Origin: Patescibacteria group bacterium
GTDB lineage: Bacteria > Patescibacteriota > Patescibacteriia > UBA9934
Direction: 5' to 3'
Length of the DNA stretch: 64,000 nt
Assembly: GCA_041666205.1 (NCBI GenBank)
Contig: JBAYHI010000002.1
Span: 725 to 64,724, forward strand
Shown: in pieces, positions 49,608-58,896 of the stretch
Numbering within the stretch: the first letter of the stretch is position 1
How the letters are laid out: the number at the start of each line of letters is the position of its first letter
The notes under the pieces: model-generated
What the model was told of the DNA's origin: nothing
The model's input: the letters and a program-made list of their open reading frames with translations, nothing else
Database searches by the model: none
Made by a program: the position numbers and the translations under genes

Positions 49608-49994
49608 TTATGTCTTTGTCACAAGGCGACGACCGGAACCGGCAGTCTTTCGAACGTTTCCACGAACGGAACGAGAGTTGGTACGTGTACGCTGACCACG
49701 GCATGGCAAATTTTTTGCATGTCGGGTGCCACGGTAGCAACTGATTTCTTTCATGCGCTTGATGTTTGCAAGCACGACACGGCGAAGTTCTCCTTCGACG
49801 CGATACTGCTTTTCAACCATCGTGCGGATGGTGTTTTCCTGGTCAGGTGTTAAATCCTTGACCCGGATCGTTCCATCGATGTTGGCCTCCTTAAGAATTT
49901 TTTGCGCCGTTGTATCGCCAATACCATAAATGTAGGTGAGAGCAGTCTCAACACATTTATTCGAGGGGATCGTGACGCCTGCAATACGTGCCAT
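49608..49994 (-). CDS. rpsM: 30S ribosomal protein S13
   Basis: [26 protein letters not shown]. Confidence 0.95.
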   Translation of the reverse strand: MARIAGVTIPSNKCVETALTYIYGIGDTTAQKILKEANIDGTIRVKDLTPDQENTIRTMVEKQYRVEGELRRVVLANIKRMKEISCYRGTRHAKNLPCRGQRTRTNSRSVRGNVRKTAGSGRRLVTKT

Positions 49995-49997
49995 AGG

Positions 49998-50111
49998 TTA
50001 GCCTTGACGTTGTTTATGTTTTGGATTCTTACAAATGCAATGAAGACGGCCCTCGCGGCGAACCACGTGGCAGTCTCGGCAGATCTTTTTGACGGATGCG
50101 CGAACTTTCAT
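49998..50111 (-). CDS. rpmJ: 50S ribosomal protein L36
   Basis: Manual translation gives [37 protein letters not shown], 37 aa. Not in the ORF track. Confidence 0.9.
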   Translation of the reverse strand: MKVRASVKKICRDCHVVRREGRLHCICKNPKHKQRQG

Positions 50112-50190
50112 AAAAATTTGATTTCTTCTGATACGACAATATCATCCGAAAAATTGGATGACATTGATTGTAGAGTCGGGATGCCGTCCG

Positions 50191-50406
50191 TTAAAAACGG
50201 AACGTGATTCGACCCTTTGTGAGATCGTACGGGCTGATCTCAACTTTGACCTCATCGCCAGGGAGAATGCGAATATGGAACTTTCGCAATCGGCCGGACA
50301 AATGAGCAATGATTTCTTGCTCGTTTTCGAGCTTCACACGAAATTGCCCTGCCGGAAGAGCTTCCTCAACCGAACCGCGCATTTCGATGAACTGTTTTTC
50401 TGCCAT
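50191..50406 (-). CDS. infA: translation initiation factor IF-1
   Basis: [71 protein letters not shown]. Confidence 0.9.
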   Translation of the reverse strand: MAEKQFIEMRGSVEEALPAGQFRVKLENEQEIIAHLSGRLRKFHIRILPGDEVKVEISPYDLTKGRITFRF

Positions 50407-50497
50407 AAGCGCCTGCATCATAGCAAAGGCACAAAATTTTGGCAAGAACTAGAGGAAATTGTTTGCGCCGGAATGTTACTAAATCGGCTGGGTTCTG

Positions 50498-51076
50498 TCA
50501 AGGAATTGCGTGGGAGGCCTCAGGGGTTGATTTTAGGCTCCAATTCCTGGGATTCTCGCGAATATAGACGCGGATACGATGCAATTCGATGTCGTTGCGG
50601 ATAATTCGATCGTGGAATGATCGATGCCAAATCAATTTGCCGGGTGATTGGCGAATTTCGTTAATGCGTTTCGTTGATTGATATTTGAAATATGCGATGA
50701 TTTGCCCCAGGGTTCGCCGTAGGGGTCGGGTTCCCCGACCCGTTGCTTCGATGCGCAATGAATCAAGCGGGCGGGGAAACCCCGCCCGTACAGCGGTTTC
50801 GTCGCGCGGAATGATTTCGATAATGCCGTGCAGGTGATTTGGCATGATGATATAGGTATCGAGACGAAGATAAGGAAAATGATTCGGTAGTGCGATCCAA
50901 TATTTTTCGATAATTTTTCCAAAATCGTTCAATTGCATTTTGTTGTTTTCAATTGTGCCGAAAATTTCCTCGAAATATCTGGTATTAAATGTAATAAAAT
51001 ATGTTGCAGGCCGTGAATAATCGTAAGCAGGTAATCGAATTGGACGTCGTACAGGCCAGATTGAATTTTCGAACAT
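50498..51076 (-). mobile_element. IS200/IS605-family HUH (Y1) transposase / REP-associated tyrosine transposase-like gene, with an in-frame GC-rich double-hairpin segment
   Basis: 192 aa. HuH motif IIMPNHLHGIIEI. C-terminus LIWHRSFHDRIIRNDIELHRIRVYIRENPRNW with the Transposase_17 Y motif. Insert RDETAVRAGFPRPLDSLRIEATGRGTRPLRRT is encoded by hairpins at about 50723-50746 and 50769-50789. Confidence 0.7.
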
Positions 51077-51084
51077 AAATCCCC

Positions 51085-51112
51085 AAGACTATTTGGGGAG
51101 ATATGATATAAG
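51085..51112. repeat. REP-like hairpin just upstream of the transposase start
   Basis: atccccaagactatttggggagat, with a ccccaa/ttgggg stem. Confidence 0.4.
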
Positions 51113-51164
51113 TTTCAAAGATTTTTTTGATTTGGTCAAGGCATCTTGTGCACGACGACAAACA

Positions 51165-51554
51165 CTAGGGGCTTAGGAAATATTCCCCATGGGTCCACCA
51201 TGGATTTGGAAATGCGGAAAGATAATAAACTTTGAAAACCAAGAAGTTATATTTTGGGCCTACATTCTCTGGCAACTGAGGCTCTCCCCAGCCGATATAC
51301 CATGGCATATTGACCAGTTGCCTTTCCCCCGGTTTTAAAGAAAGATGAACAGATGGAGATGTTGGACCAACGACTGTTTGGCTGACATCGTGATCTGTAT
51401 CGTTAATGAAGAGCAGTGCAGGTGTTGCGGACTTAAGTGCCACGGCAATCATCAAACAAACGCCGATAACAATTATTGGCAATATACCAAAAACCTTATA
51501 TCGTTTCTTTGATCGTTTAGCATGTAGCCCCCCATTGTTTTGTTTATTCGTCAT
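51165..51554 (-). CDS. membrane-anchored hypothetical protein
   Basis: One TM segment (VFGILPIIVIGVCLMIAVAL) followed by an extracytoplasmic domain. Confidence 0.35.
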   Translation of the reverse strand: MTNKQNNGGLHAKRSKKRYKVFGILPIIVIGVCLMIAVALKSATPALLFINDTDHDVSQTVVGPTSPSVHLSLKPGERQLVNMPWYIGWGEPQLPENVGPKYNFLVFKVYYLSAFPNPWWTHGEYFLSP

Positions 51555-51555
51555 A

Positions 51556-53328
51556 TTATTCCAGCACCGCCTTAATTCGGCGTACACCAGAGGACGACGC
51601 TTCTTCTTTCAAAATCTTAAAGTGCCCGAGCTCTTTGGTGTTCGCCACATGAGGTCCGCCACAAATTTCTTTTGAGAAATCCCCTGCCGAATACACCTTC
51701 ACCTGATCGCCAACGGTTTTGTATTTCTCCTTGAACAGCCCAATGGCGCCGGATTTTTCTGCGTCCTCAACTGTCATGGTTTCACATTTCACCTCAAGGC
51801 CTCGCTCAATTTGCTCATTCACGATTTTTTCAACCTGCGCAATTTGCTCGGGCGTCATTTTTTCGCCGTGAGAGAAATCAAAGCGCAAGCGCTCAGCTGT
51901 AATATTTGATCCGCTTTGTGCAACGTGATCGCCCAAAACCATACGAAGTGCTTTGTGCAATAAATGCGTTGCTGTATGCAAACGAGTTGTCTCAACACCC
52001 GTATCGGCAAGTCCACCTTTGAATTTCTGCTCGGCTCCGCTCGAAGATAGTTGCTGATGCTTTTTGAATTCCGCTTCAAAAACTTCGTGATCAACCGCCT
52101 GTCCTTTTTCTCGCATGAGTTCCTCAGTGAGCTCTAATGGGAAGCCATACGTCGAGTACAAATCAAACGCTTCCACACCACCAACTGTGCCCTTCGCAAA
52201 GAATCGATCGAATTGCTTCAAGCCCTTCTCAAGCGTCTTCTCAAATTTCTCTTGCTCGGATCGAATCGTCAAAATGATTGATCCGGCTTCTGGAAGTGGG
52301 TACACGCCTTCGAAAAGTGGGATTACTGCGCTTGCGATTTTTCCAAGATTCATGGAATCGCTCGAAAGTCGATTGGCTTCACGCACGGCGCGACGAATAA
52401 GCCGACGCAAAATATAGCCCTGATCTTTGTTGGATGGTTTTACGCCGTCGGCAATCATCATGACGCTGGTGCGCACATGATCGGCAATCACGCGCATCGA
52501 TCGCGTCACATCGTCACTACTTCCGTATTTTTTCTGCGAAAGCTCTTCAATGACAGCGATAATTGAGATGAATGCATCTGTCTCAAACACATTCGACAAA
52601 TGATTGAGCGCTACGAGCGTTCGCTCGAGCCCCATCCCTGTATCAACGTTTTTTTGTTCGAGCAATTCGTACGACCCGTCAGCTTGCTTGGAAAACTGCA
52701 TGAAGACGTTATTCCAAATTTCCACCCAACGTTTATCAGACGGATCGTAAACCTCTGGCGCTGCCTCCGGCCCGGTCCAATAGAAAATTTCTGTGTCTGG
52801 CCCTTGTGGCCCTGGATGTTTTCCCCCTGCTGGCCACCAGTTATCGTCTTTGCCAAGACGCGCAATGCGAGCCTCTGGAATGCCGAGCTCATTCCAACGC
52901 TTGGATGATTCTTCATCAAATGGAGCATCCTCGTCGCCCTCAAAAACCGTCACAGCCAAATTCGTCGCGTCAATCCCCAACCATTCGGGCGAGGTTAAAA
53001 ATTCATAGCTCCACGCAATGGCATCTTGTTTGAAATAGTCTCCTAGCGACCAATTGCCAAGCATTTCAAAAAATGTGAGGTGCGTCGCATCGCCCACTTC
53101 ATCAATATCGCCTGTTCGAACGCACTTCTGAACATCAACCAAGCGTTTGCCCGCCGGATGTGGCTCGCCCAAAAGAAATGGCACAAGTGGGTGCATGCCA
53201 GCGGTTGTAAATAAAACAGATGGATCGTTTTCCGGCACGAGCGAGGCTGATGGGATTTCCACATGGCCCTTTGAGACGAAAAATTCAATGAATTTTTTGC
53301 GTAACTCGGAAGCTTCTATCATAGTCAT
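51556..53328 (-). CDS. alaS: alanyl-tRNA synthetase, compact form lacking the C-Ala domain
   Basis: 590 aa. Class II catalytic core (FTTAGM...), editing-domain zinc motif HTATHLLHKALR...CGGPHV. Ends shortly after the editing domain. Confidence 0.85.
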   Translation of the reverse strand: MTMIEASELRKKFIEFFVSKGHVEIPSASLVPENDPSVLFTTAGMHPLVPFLLGEPHPAGKRLVDVQKCVRTGDIDEVGDATHLTFFEMLGNWSLGDYFKQDAIAWSYEFLTSPEWLGIDATNLAVTVFEGDEDAPFDEESSKRWNELGIPEARIARLGKDDNWWPAGGKHPGPQGPDTEIFYWTGPEAAPEVYDPSDKRWVEIWNNVFMQFSKQADGSYELLEQKNVDTGMGLERTLVALNHLSNVFETDAFISIIAVIEELSQKKYGSSDDVTRSMRVIADHVRTSVMMIADGVKPSNKDQGYILRRLIRRAVREANRLSSDSMNLGKIASAVIPLFEGVYPLPEAGSIILTIRSEQEKFEKTLEKGLKQFDRFFAKGTVGGVEAFDLYSTYGFPLELTEELMREKGQAVDHEVFEAEFKKHQQLSSSGAEQKFKGGLADTGVETTRLHTATHLLHKALRMVLGDHVAQSGSNITAERLRFDFSHGEKMTPEQIAQVEKIVNEQIERGLEVKCETMTVEDAEKSGAIGLFKEKYKTVGDQVKVYSAGDFSKEICGGPHVANTKELGHFKILKEEASSSGVRRIKAVLE

Positions 53329-53356
53329 GCAATCTTAGCGGGATTCAAAAGGAGAA

Positions 53357-54973
53357 TCAAGTATCAAGTTCGGTAACGATTGTTTCGGTTGGTTTTACTT
53401 TCTTGAGGAAGCGCCGGCGAATACTAGAGGCAAATTCAACAGCTTCTTCGCTACGAAGCAATAGCGCGATGATTCCGTAAACGAGAAGCCCACTGCAACC
53501 GGCAATGAGCGCTTGACCCAAGACGCCAAAAAATGTGTCCAGAGTAATGTATTGCACAATCCAATACTTTGCGACTTGTGTGACAATGGCCGCGAATAAT
53601 CCTGCGACGGAAAATTTGAGAAGCGACGTTAGAATATGTTTTTCGTTCAAGGTTCCTAGTCGCATGCGAAGCGGCATCCACAACAGTGCCATTTGCACCA
53701 TGGAAGAAATCGAGTAAGAAATGGCGAGCCCGACAACGCCATACATGGGCGCGAGCAAAACGCCAAGGACCACATTGAGGGCGGCTGCAAGCATCCCGAC
53801 CGTGAACGGCGTCCACGTATCGTGTTTTGCAAAGTAGGCACGCACGAGCACAAACACAATGGACTGGGCAAATAAACTCACCACGAAAAATGCGAGCGCA
53901 TTTGCGGTGTTGATTGTTGCTTCCCAATCAAATACCCCGGCGCCCAGAACAACGCGCACGATCTGCGCACGTAAAAGCAAAAACAAGATTGTTGCCGGCA
54001 CCAAGAACAAGAGCATCTGACGAATCGTGCGCGAAATCGTTTCGATGAAGGCATCACGCTGTTCGTGTGAGCTCAGTTCGCAAAGCGTTGGAAAAACCGC
54101 AATCGCGTAGGAAACTCCAATCACGCCGACTGTAAAATAATCGAGGTTTAATGCAAATTGGAAAATCGCAACCGATCCGACTGCTAAACTCGAGGCAAGC
54201 ACGGTCATGGCGATGGTGTTTACCTGTCCCACACCCAAACTCAAAACCCGCGGAAGCAAATGCACGGCCAAATACCGCGCGTCTTCTTTGCGCATGCGAA
54301 GGGTTGGATGGTATCGATATCCAATTGCATAAACACCAATCACTTGGAGCGCTAAGTGCAAGCCCGCCCCAATCATCACACCCCACGCAATTCCCATGGG
54401 CCCACACATTGGCACCAAATAGAGGATGCCGAAAATAATCCCAACGTTATAAAGCACGGGTGCCGCGGAATACAGGAAAAATCGTTTCACGCTTTGAAGC
54501 GCGGAACCAAAAACCATCGAAAGCGCCAAAAGAAATTGCGCTCCAAATAGATAGCGTGAAAATTCTGCAACAAGCAATTGCTTATCCGGTGAAAATCCTG
54601 GAGCGATCGCAACGGCAAGCGGTCCAGCAAAGAAAATGGCCACGAGCACCAGGAGCCCAAACGCGATGGCTATGTAATTCAAAACCGCATTGGTGAATTG
54701 CCACGCATGATGTTCTTCCCCGCTTTTTTGATAGTATTTTGTGAAAATCGGAATAAAACTTGCGGAGAGCGCGCCAACAATGATCAACTGGAACAGGAGA
54801 TCTGGAATTTTGAACGCGGCAAAATACGCGTCGAGCGTATCGCCTGCACCAAATGCGCCTGCCAAAATACGATCGCGAATAAATCCAACAAATCGCGACA
54901 ACACCGAAAAACTTCCGACCAAAATAGCGGCGCTTGTAATGGTGTTTGTCTTCAACTTAAATAGAGAAATCAT
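53357..54973 (-). CDS. murJ: lipid II flippase MurJ (MviN)
   Basis: 538 aa with 14 TM segments. MviN-like N-terminus LVGSFSVLSRFVGFIRDRILAGAFGAG. Confidence 0.8.
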   Translation of the reverse strand: MISLFKLKTNTITSAAILVGSFSVLSRFVGFIRDRILAGAFGAGDTLDAYFAAFKIPDLLFQLIIVGALSASFIPIFTKYYQKSGEEHHAWQFTNAVLNYIAIAFGLLVLVAIFFAGPLAVAIAPGFSPDKQLLVAEFSRYLFGAQFLLALSMVFGSALQSVKRFFLYSAAPVLYNVGIIFGILYLVPMCGPMGIAWGVMIGAGLHLALQVIGVYAIGYRYHPTLRMRKEDARYLAVHLLPRVLSLGVGQVNTIAMTVLASSLAVGSVAIFQFALNLDYFTVGVIGVSYAIAVFPTLCELSSHEQRDAFIETISRTIRQMLLFLVPATILFLLLRAQIVRVVLGAGVFDWEATINTANALAFFVVSLFAQSIVFVLVRAYFAKHDTWTPFTVGMLAAALNVVLGVLLAPMYGVVGLAISYSISSMVQMALLWMPLRMRLGTLNEKHILTSLLKFSVAGLFAAIVTQVAKYWIVQYITLDTFFGVLGQALIAGCSGLLVYGIIALLLRSEEAVEFASSIRRRFLKKVKPTETIVTELDT

Positions 54974-56127
54974 GCCTCCTTATCAGTTTTTTTTGTTTTT
55001 TTCCAGTCTCGTGAAAGAATCACTCCACCGATCAATCCGCCAAACAACAGAATCAAAACAATATCGACAATTGGATTCGCAAGATTGAAAAATGTAATCG
55101 CGACTTGCTGAGTTTCCGTGGTTGTCTCACCCGTAGACTTCGTGGCCGTTAGCGTAACGTCGTAGGTTCCGATTTTTGCATATGTATGTTCGGGCGCTGA
55201 CTCAACCGACGTTGCGCCGTCTCCAAAATCCCACAGAAGCGATGCGCCTTCTGTTTGTACCGCGTGAAACGCATACGTTTTCCATTTGAGTTGTTCGAAT
55301 GCAAACAAAGCCGTAGGAGAAACCGAAAGCACACTTTCGGACGCACGATCGGCAAGAAAAACGGGTTCTGCGGTTGGTTCTTCTGCATCAACAAATGATC
55401 GCGCAATCGCATCGACGATTTTGTTTTGTGGCGTTGGAGTTTTTATCGCAATGATTTCTGCTGGAGGCGGTGTTGGCACAACGACGATCACCTCTTTTTT
55501 TGTTTTAGCCGGGTCAAGCGGATAATAATCATCCGCGTCGTTCACGCCGTCGCTGTCGGAATCAACATTGGTTGAGTTGGTGCCCTCTTCTGCTTCAACC
55601 GCATCGCTCACGCCGTCATTATCATCGTCGTCGTCGCACGCATCGCCTTTGCCATCCTTATCCGTATCGAGTTGATTAGCGTTTGCTGTGTTTTTGCAGT
55701 TGTCGACATTGTCTTCAACGCTATCACGGTCATCGTCAACAATGGGGTGGAATAGTGTTGTGAGAACCGTATCGTTTGCAGAATTTGTATCACCTGGATT
55801 CTGGCCCTTTAGTTCCGCGCGAATATTAAAATCCGCATACGGCACCGTAAAATCAATCCACACCTCATCTTTTGCGCCCCCGGTTGGCACAGTTACCACC
55901 TGACTTTCGCCAAGAGGGGAAGAACTCATAAAGAAAAACACGTACCCTGATGTGTCAACATCACCAAGGTTTCGAACAGACGCGTAAATGCGAACTGTAT
56001 CACCCGAAACAAGCGGACTTTTTGAAAATCGAATGTCGCCTGCCGTGAGGCCCAAATCCGGGCTAGACGCCAGGGCCGGCGAGGCTACAAGGAGAAGCGA
56101 AAGGAGTGGAAAAATAAATCGCCACAT
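54970..56127 (-). CDS. surface protein with CARDB-like domain, thrombospondin type-3 Ca-binding repeats, PKD domain and C-terminal TM anchor
   Basis: Start at MWRFIFPLLSLLLVASPALA (signal peptide). Contains DTDKDGKGDACDDDDDNDGVSD (TSP3-like), LLWDFGDGATSVESAPEHTYAKIGTYDVTLTATKSTG (PKD), and IVDIVLILLFGGLIGGVILS followed by KKTKK. Confidence 0.6.
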   Translation of the reverse strand: MWRFIFPLLSLLLVASPALASSPDLGLTAGDIRFSKSPLVSGDTVRIYASVRNLGDVDTSGYVFFFMSSSPLGESQVVTVPTGGAKDEVWIDFTVPYADFNIRAELKGQNPGDTNSANDTVLTTLFHPIVDDDRDSVEDNVDNCKNTANANQLDTDKDGKGDACDDDDDNDGVSDAVEAEEGTNSTNVDSDSDGVNDADDYYPLDPAKTKKEVIVVVPTPPPAEIIAIKTPTPQNKIVDAIARSFVDAEEPTAEPVFLADRASESVLSVSPTALFAFEQLKWKTYAFHAVQTEGASLLWDFGDGATSVESAPEHTYAKIGTYDVTLTATKSTGETTTETQQVAITFFNLANPIVDIVLILLFGGLIGGVILSRDWKKTKKTDKEA

Positions 56128-56131
56128 ATGC

Positions 56132-56725
56132 TTAAATTGTACAGAGTCCACTGGAAAAGCGAAGTCGTGCATGTGCAGAACGAGAAATCCAGAGCCGCGA
56201 GGCAACATCTTCACGAATTTCAACACGCAGTCGATACGTTGGATGCACGCGCACGGTAACGCCCTCAATGGTTTGCCCCGGCTCCTCAACGGTTTCAATC
56301 GCGATCGTTTCCCCTTGATGAATCCCAAGCGATTGCGCTTCATCGGGCGAACAAAATAGATGAGCCGTTGGAATGATGGCGCCATGGGCGAGTTTGAGCT
56401 CTCCATGCGGTCCACGGAGCGTGCACGACCCTGCCATGAGCAAATCCCCGCTTGGCGACTCGGGCGCATCGATTCCCAAATAGTCCGCTTCAAGTGCTGT
56501 GAGTTCAATGTGACTTTCTTTCCAGTTTGGTCCCATCACCCGGAGATGCAAACTGCGTTTGTGCGTCCCCAAGACCTCGACGGTTTCCTCGTACACGAGT
56601 TGCCCGCTTTGCGTATGTGGAGCGTGAATCGTCATGGGATGTCCAATGCCAAACAAGGTCGCCTGATCTTCGGCGGAGAGATAAACGTGCGAAGGCACAA
56701 CATCAATAGGAATCGGGCGTGACAT
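56132..56725 (-). CDS. pduL: PduL-family phosphate acyltransferase (phosphotransacetylase analogue)
   Basis: 197 aa. Two PduL repeats: SHVYLSAEDQATLFGIG and TAHLFCSPDEAQSLGIHQGE. Confidence 0.55.
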   Translation of the reverse strand: MSRPIPIDVVPSHVYLSAEDQATLFGIGHPMTIHAPHTQSGQLVYEETVEVLGTHKRSLHLRVMGPNWKESHIELTALEADYLGIDAPESPSGDLLMAGSCTLRGPHGELKLAHGAIIPTAHLFCSPDEAQSLGIHQGETIAIETVEEPGQTIEGVTVRVHPTYRLRVEIREDVASRLWISRSAHARLRFSSGLCTI

Positions 56726-56727
56726 GA

Positions 56728-57438
56728 TTATTTTTTAGAATAGCCAAAGCCGTATTTGAATTTATCGTGTTTGATGGGGCCAATAAACATAATGTGAAAT
56801 TCGCCGAGCAAATATTTAACCGCAATATTCAATCGCCCATCTCGATTAAACCGTCTCACAGAAACCGGAATACGAATACCTCGAAGCATTTGGAATTTTC
56901 CAATTTTTCCAGCGCGCCAAGCATAATCATGATCCTCGGCGAGTTTCACCTCTTCATCGAATCCATGAATTTTCTCGTGTAGAGATTTTTTCACGATAAT
57001 GAAAAACCCGGCAGCGTGCGGATGAATGCGTTCAAGCAGAATCGCGTAGAGGTTATAAATTTCGTGAAACACCTTATCGATCGTATTCCCATTAATTGGA
57101 AGCACGAACGCTGATCCAATATCGAGCCCTTGTTTTTTGAATTGTGTGATGGTTTTTTGCAAAAACTCCGGATCTTGCAGCACGACATCTGCATCGAGAA
57201 ATAAAATGAGTTCCCCGGTTGCAGCTTTTGCTCCACGGTTTCGACCCGGACCCGGCATCCCGCCATCCACAACAATCGCCCCGGCTCTTTTTGCAATCTC
57301 GCGTGTATGATCGGTTGATTTTGCGTCGGCAACAATCACTTCTTTTGGCTGGACGGTCTGTGCTTTAATGGAATCCAAGAGAAACGGTAAATAATCTTCC
57401 TCGTTTTTCGTAGGAATAACAATTGAAAGTGTCGACAT
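56728..57438 (-). CDS. family 2 glycosyltransferase (Dpm1-like)
   Basis: From MSTLSIVIPTKNEEDYLPFLLDSIKAQT. Contains DADV. Confidence 0.75.
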   Translation of the reverse strand: MSTLSIVIPTKNEEDYLPFLLDSIKAQTVQPKEVIVADAKSTDHTREIAKRAGAIVVDGGMPGPGRNRGAKAATGELILFLDADVVLQDPEFLQKTITQFKKQGLDIGSAFVLPINGNTIDKVFHEIYNLYAILLERIHPHAAGFFIIVKKSLHEKIHGFDEEVKLAEDHDYAWRAGKIGKFQMLRGIRIPVSVRRFNRDGRLNIAVKYLLGEFHIMFIGPIKHDKFKYGFGYSKK

Positions 57439-57457
57439 AGATGATGCTAGTATAGCA

Positions 57458-57892
57458 CTAATTAGAGCGTAGGAGGTACATGGCGATTCCGCTTGCAACC
57501 GAAACGTTGAGAGAACGTTTTTTATCCATGGGGATTTCCAAAAGTCCGTCGAGCGTTTCGCAAACTGTTTTTTCAATCCCTTCCACTTCATTTCCAAGCA
57601 CAAGCGCAATGTTCCCCTGAATGCTTTGCGTGATGTCGTTTGCATCTGGTCCGGTCTCGAGCCCATAGACCCGAAATCCATTTGCTCGACACTCCGCAAT
57701 CGCTTCATCGATGGATTTTTGTTCCCACGGCACCAGCAATTCCCCACCAAGCGCCACCTTGGCAATTTCTTTTCGGGGAGGGATTGCCGTATAGCCCGTA
57801 AGGTACAATTTTTCAATTCCAAACGCAGCCGCATTTCGAAAAATCGATCCAACATTGTGAAGGCTTCGAATATTATGTGCGATGATAATCAT
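57458..57892 (-). CDS. SpoU/TrmH-family RNA 2'-O-methyltransferase (TrmL-like)
   Basis: About 144 aa from MIIIAHNIRSLHNVGSIFRNAAAFG. SPOUT motifs GNEVEGI and LNVSVASGIAMY. Confidence 0.7.
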   Translation of the reverse strand: MIIIAHNIRSLHNVGSIFRNAAAFGIEKLYLTGYTAIPPRKEIAKVALGGELLVPWEQKSIDEAIAECRANGFRVYGLETGPDANDITQSIQGNIALVLGNEVEGIEKTVCETLDGLLEIPMDKKRSLNVSVASGIAMYLLRSN

Positions 57893-58326
57893 AGGATACG
57901 TAAATCTTCGTTGAGAATAATGGGTTTCATGCCAAGAATTTCTTCTTTGCAATTCATCTCTGGGATTTTGAATAAGAAATAGATCGGCTTTTTCAAAAAC
58001 ATCGCGACGCCCATTTCAATAAGCGTATTGCACCCAACATATCCTTCGATGTCGCTCTTCTTATAATTCGCAACCAAAATTGCATCAGACCATTCGATTT
58101 TTTCAAAGTGAATTTGCATGGCAATTTCTTTTTTGTCCCAAACCCATTGATCGTTCGTATTTGATTTTCGAATTTTGTAATATTCACGAACGTCAATCAG
58201 TTTTCCATGTTCATCGGGAACCTGGGTCGGTGGCATCGCGACCACGTGACCACGTGCCTCGAGTTTTGATTTAAGCGCGAGGAGTTCATCGAAAAACGCA
58301 ATGCTCCCACAGATGCAAATTTTCAT
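57889..58326 (-). CDS. nucleoside 2-deoxyribosyltransferase-like small protein
   Basis: From MKICICGSIAFFDELL. C-terminus VGCNTLIEMGVAMFLKKPIYFL resembles the Ntd/PF05014 pattern. Confidence 0.35.
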   Translation of the reverse strand: MKICICGSIAFFDELLALKSKLEARGHVVAMPPTQVPDEHGKLIDVREYYKIRKSNTNDQWVWDKKEIAMQIHFEKIEWSDAILVANYKKSDIEGYVGCNTLIEMGVAMFLKKPIYFLFKIPEMNCKEEILGMKPIILNEDLRIL

Positions 58327-58327
58327 A

Positions 58328-58840
58328 TTAGTGTTTTGCGTAATGCGCGAGTAAATCCTGTCGACGCCACGGTTTGGCATCTTCTTCGGAAAATCCAAGC
58401 TTCCGAACCCAAACAAAAATGAGTTCTTCGCTTTGCGCTTCGATTTCAAGAAACGTTGGAATACCGGAAATAGAATCGAGTTCAAATGAAACGCCTTCAA
58501 GCTTCCAACTTGCTCGGTGCTTTTGATATGATTTCGTTTCACGCAAGCCTGATGCCTTGAGAATCTGTCGCATCACCTCGAAATTTGAAACCGTCACTTC
58601 GGTTTCTTCCGCGACCTTGATGCGCGTCTGGTTTGTCGTCTTCTTCATCGTCAGTTCGGCCGACATTCCTTTTGATCGAAGCCGTAGGGCAATCTTTTGT
58701 TTGTCGAGTCTCCCATCCGGGAAGTCAAAAAAGACCACGTCCATGGTGCCGTCAAACGCACAAATTGCACCCAAGCGTTCAAGCTCCTGCGTGATTTTTA
58801 TTGCGTTTACTTCCAAAATCTTTACCTCAAGCTCTGACAT
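58328..58840 (-). CDS. CYTH-domain protein (CyaB-like / triphosphate tunnel metalloenzyme)
   Basis: 170 aa. N-terminal ELEVKILEV (ExExK motif) and a beta-barrel layout. Confidence 0.6.
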   Translation of the reverse strand: MSELEVKILEVNAIKITQELERLGAICAFDGTMDVVFFDFPDGRLDKQKIALRLRSKGMSAELTMKKTTNQTRIKVAEETEVTVSNFEVMRQILKASGLRETKSYQKHRASWKLEGVSFELDSISGIPTFLEIEAQSEELIFVWVRKLGFSEEDAKPWRRQDLLAHYAKH

Positions 58841-58896
58841 ATTGCAAAATGCTTCTTTTTGGCTTATGCTACCATCTTAATGTAATCCACATCAAT

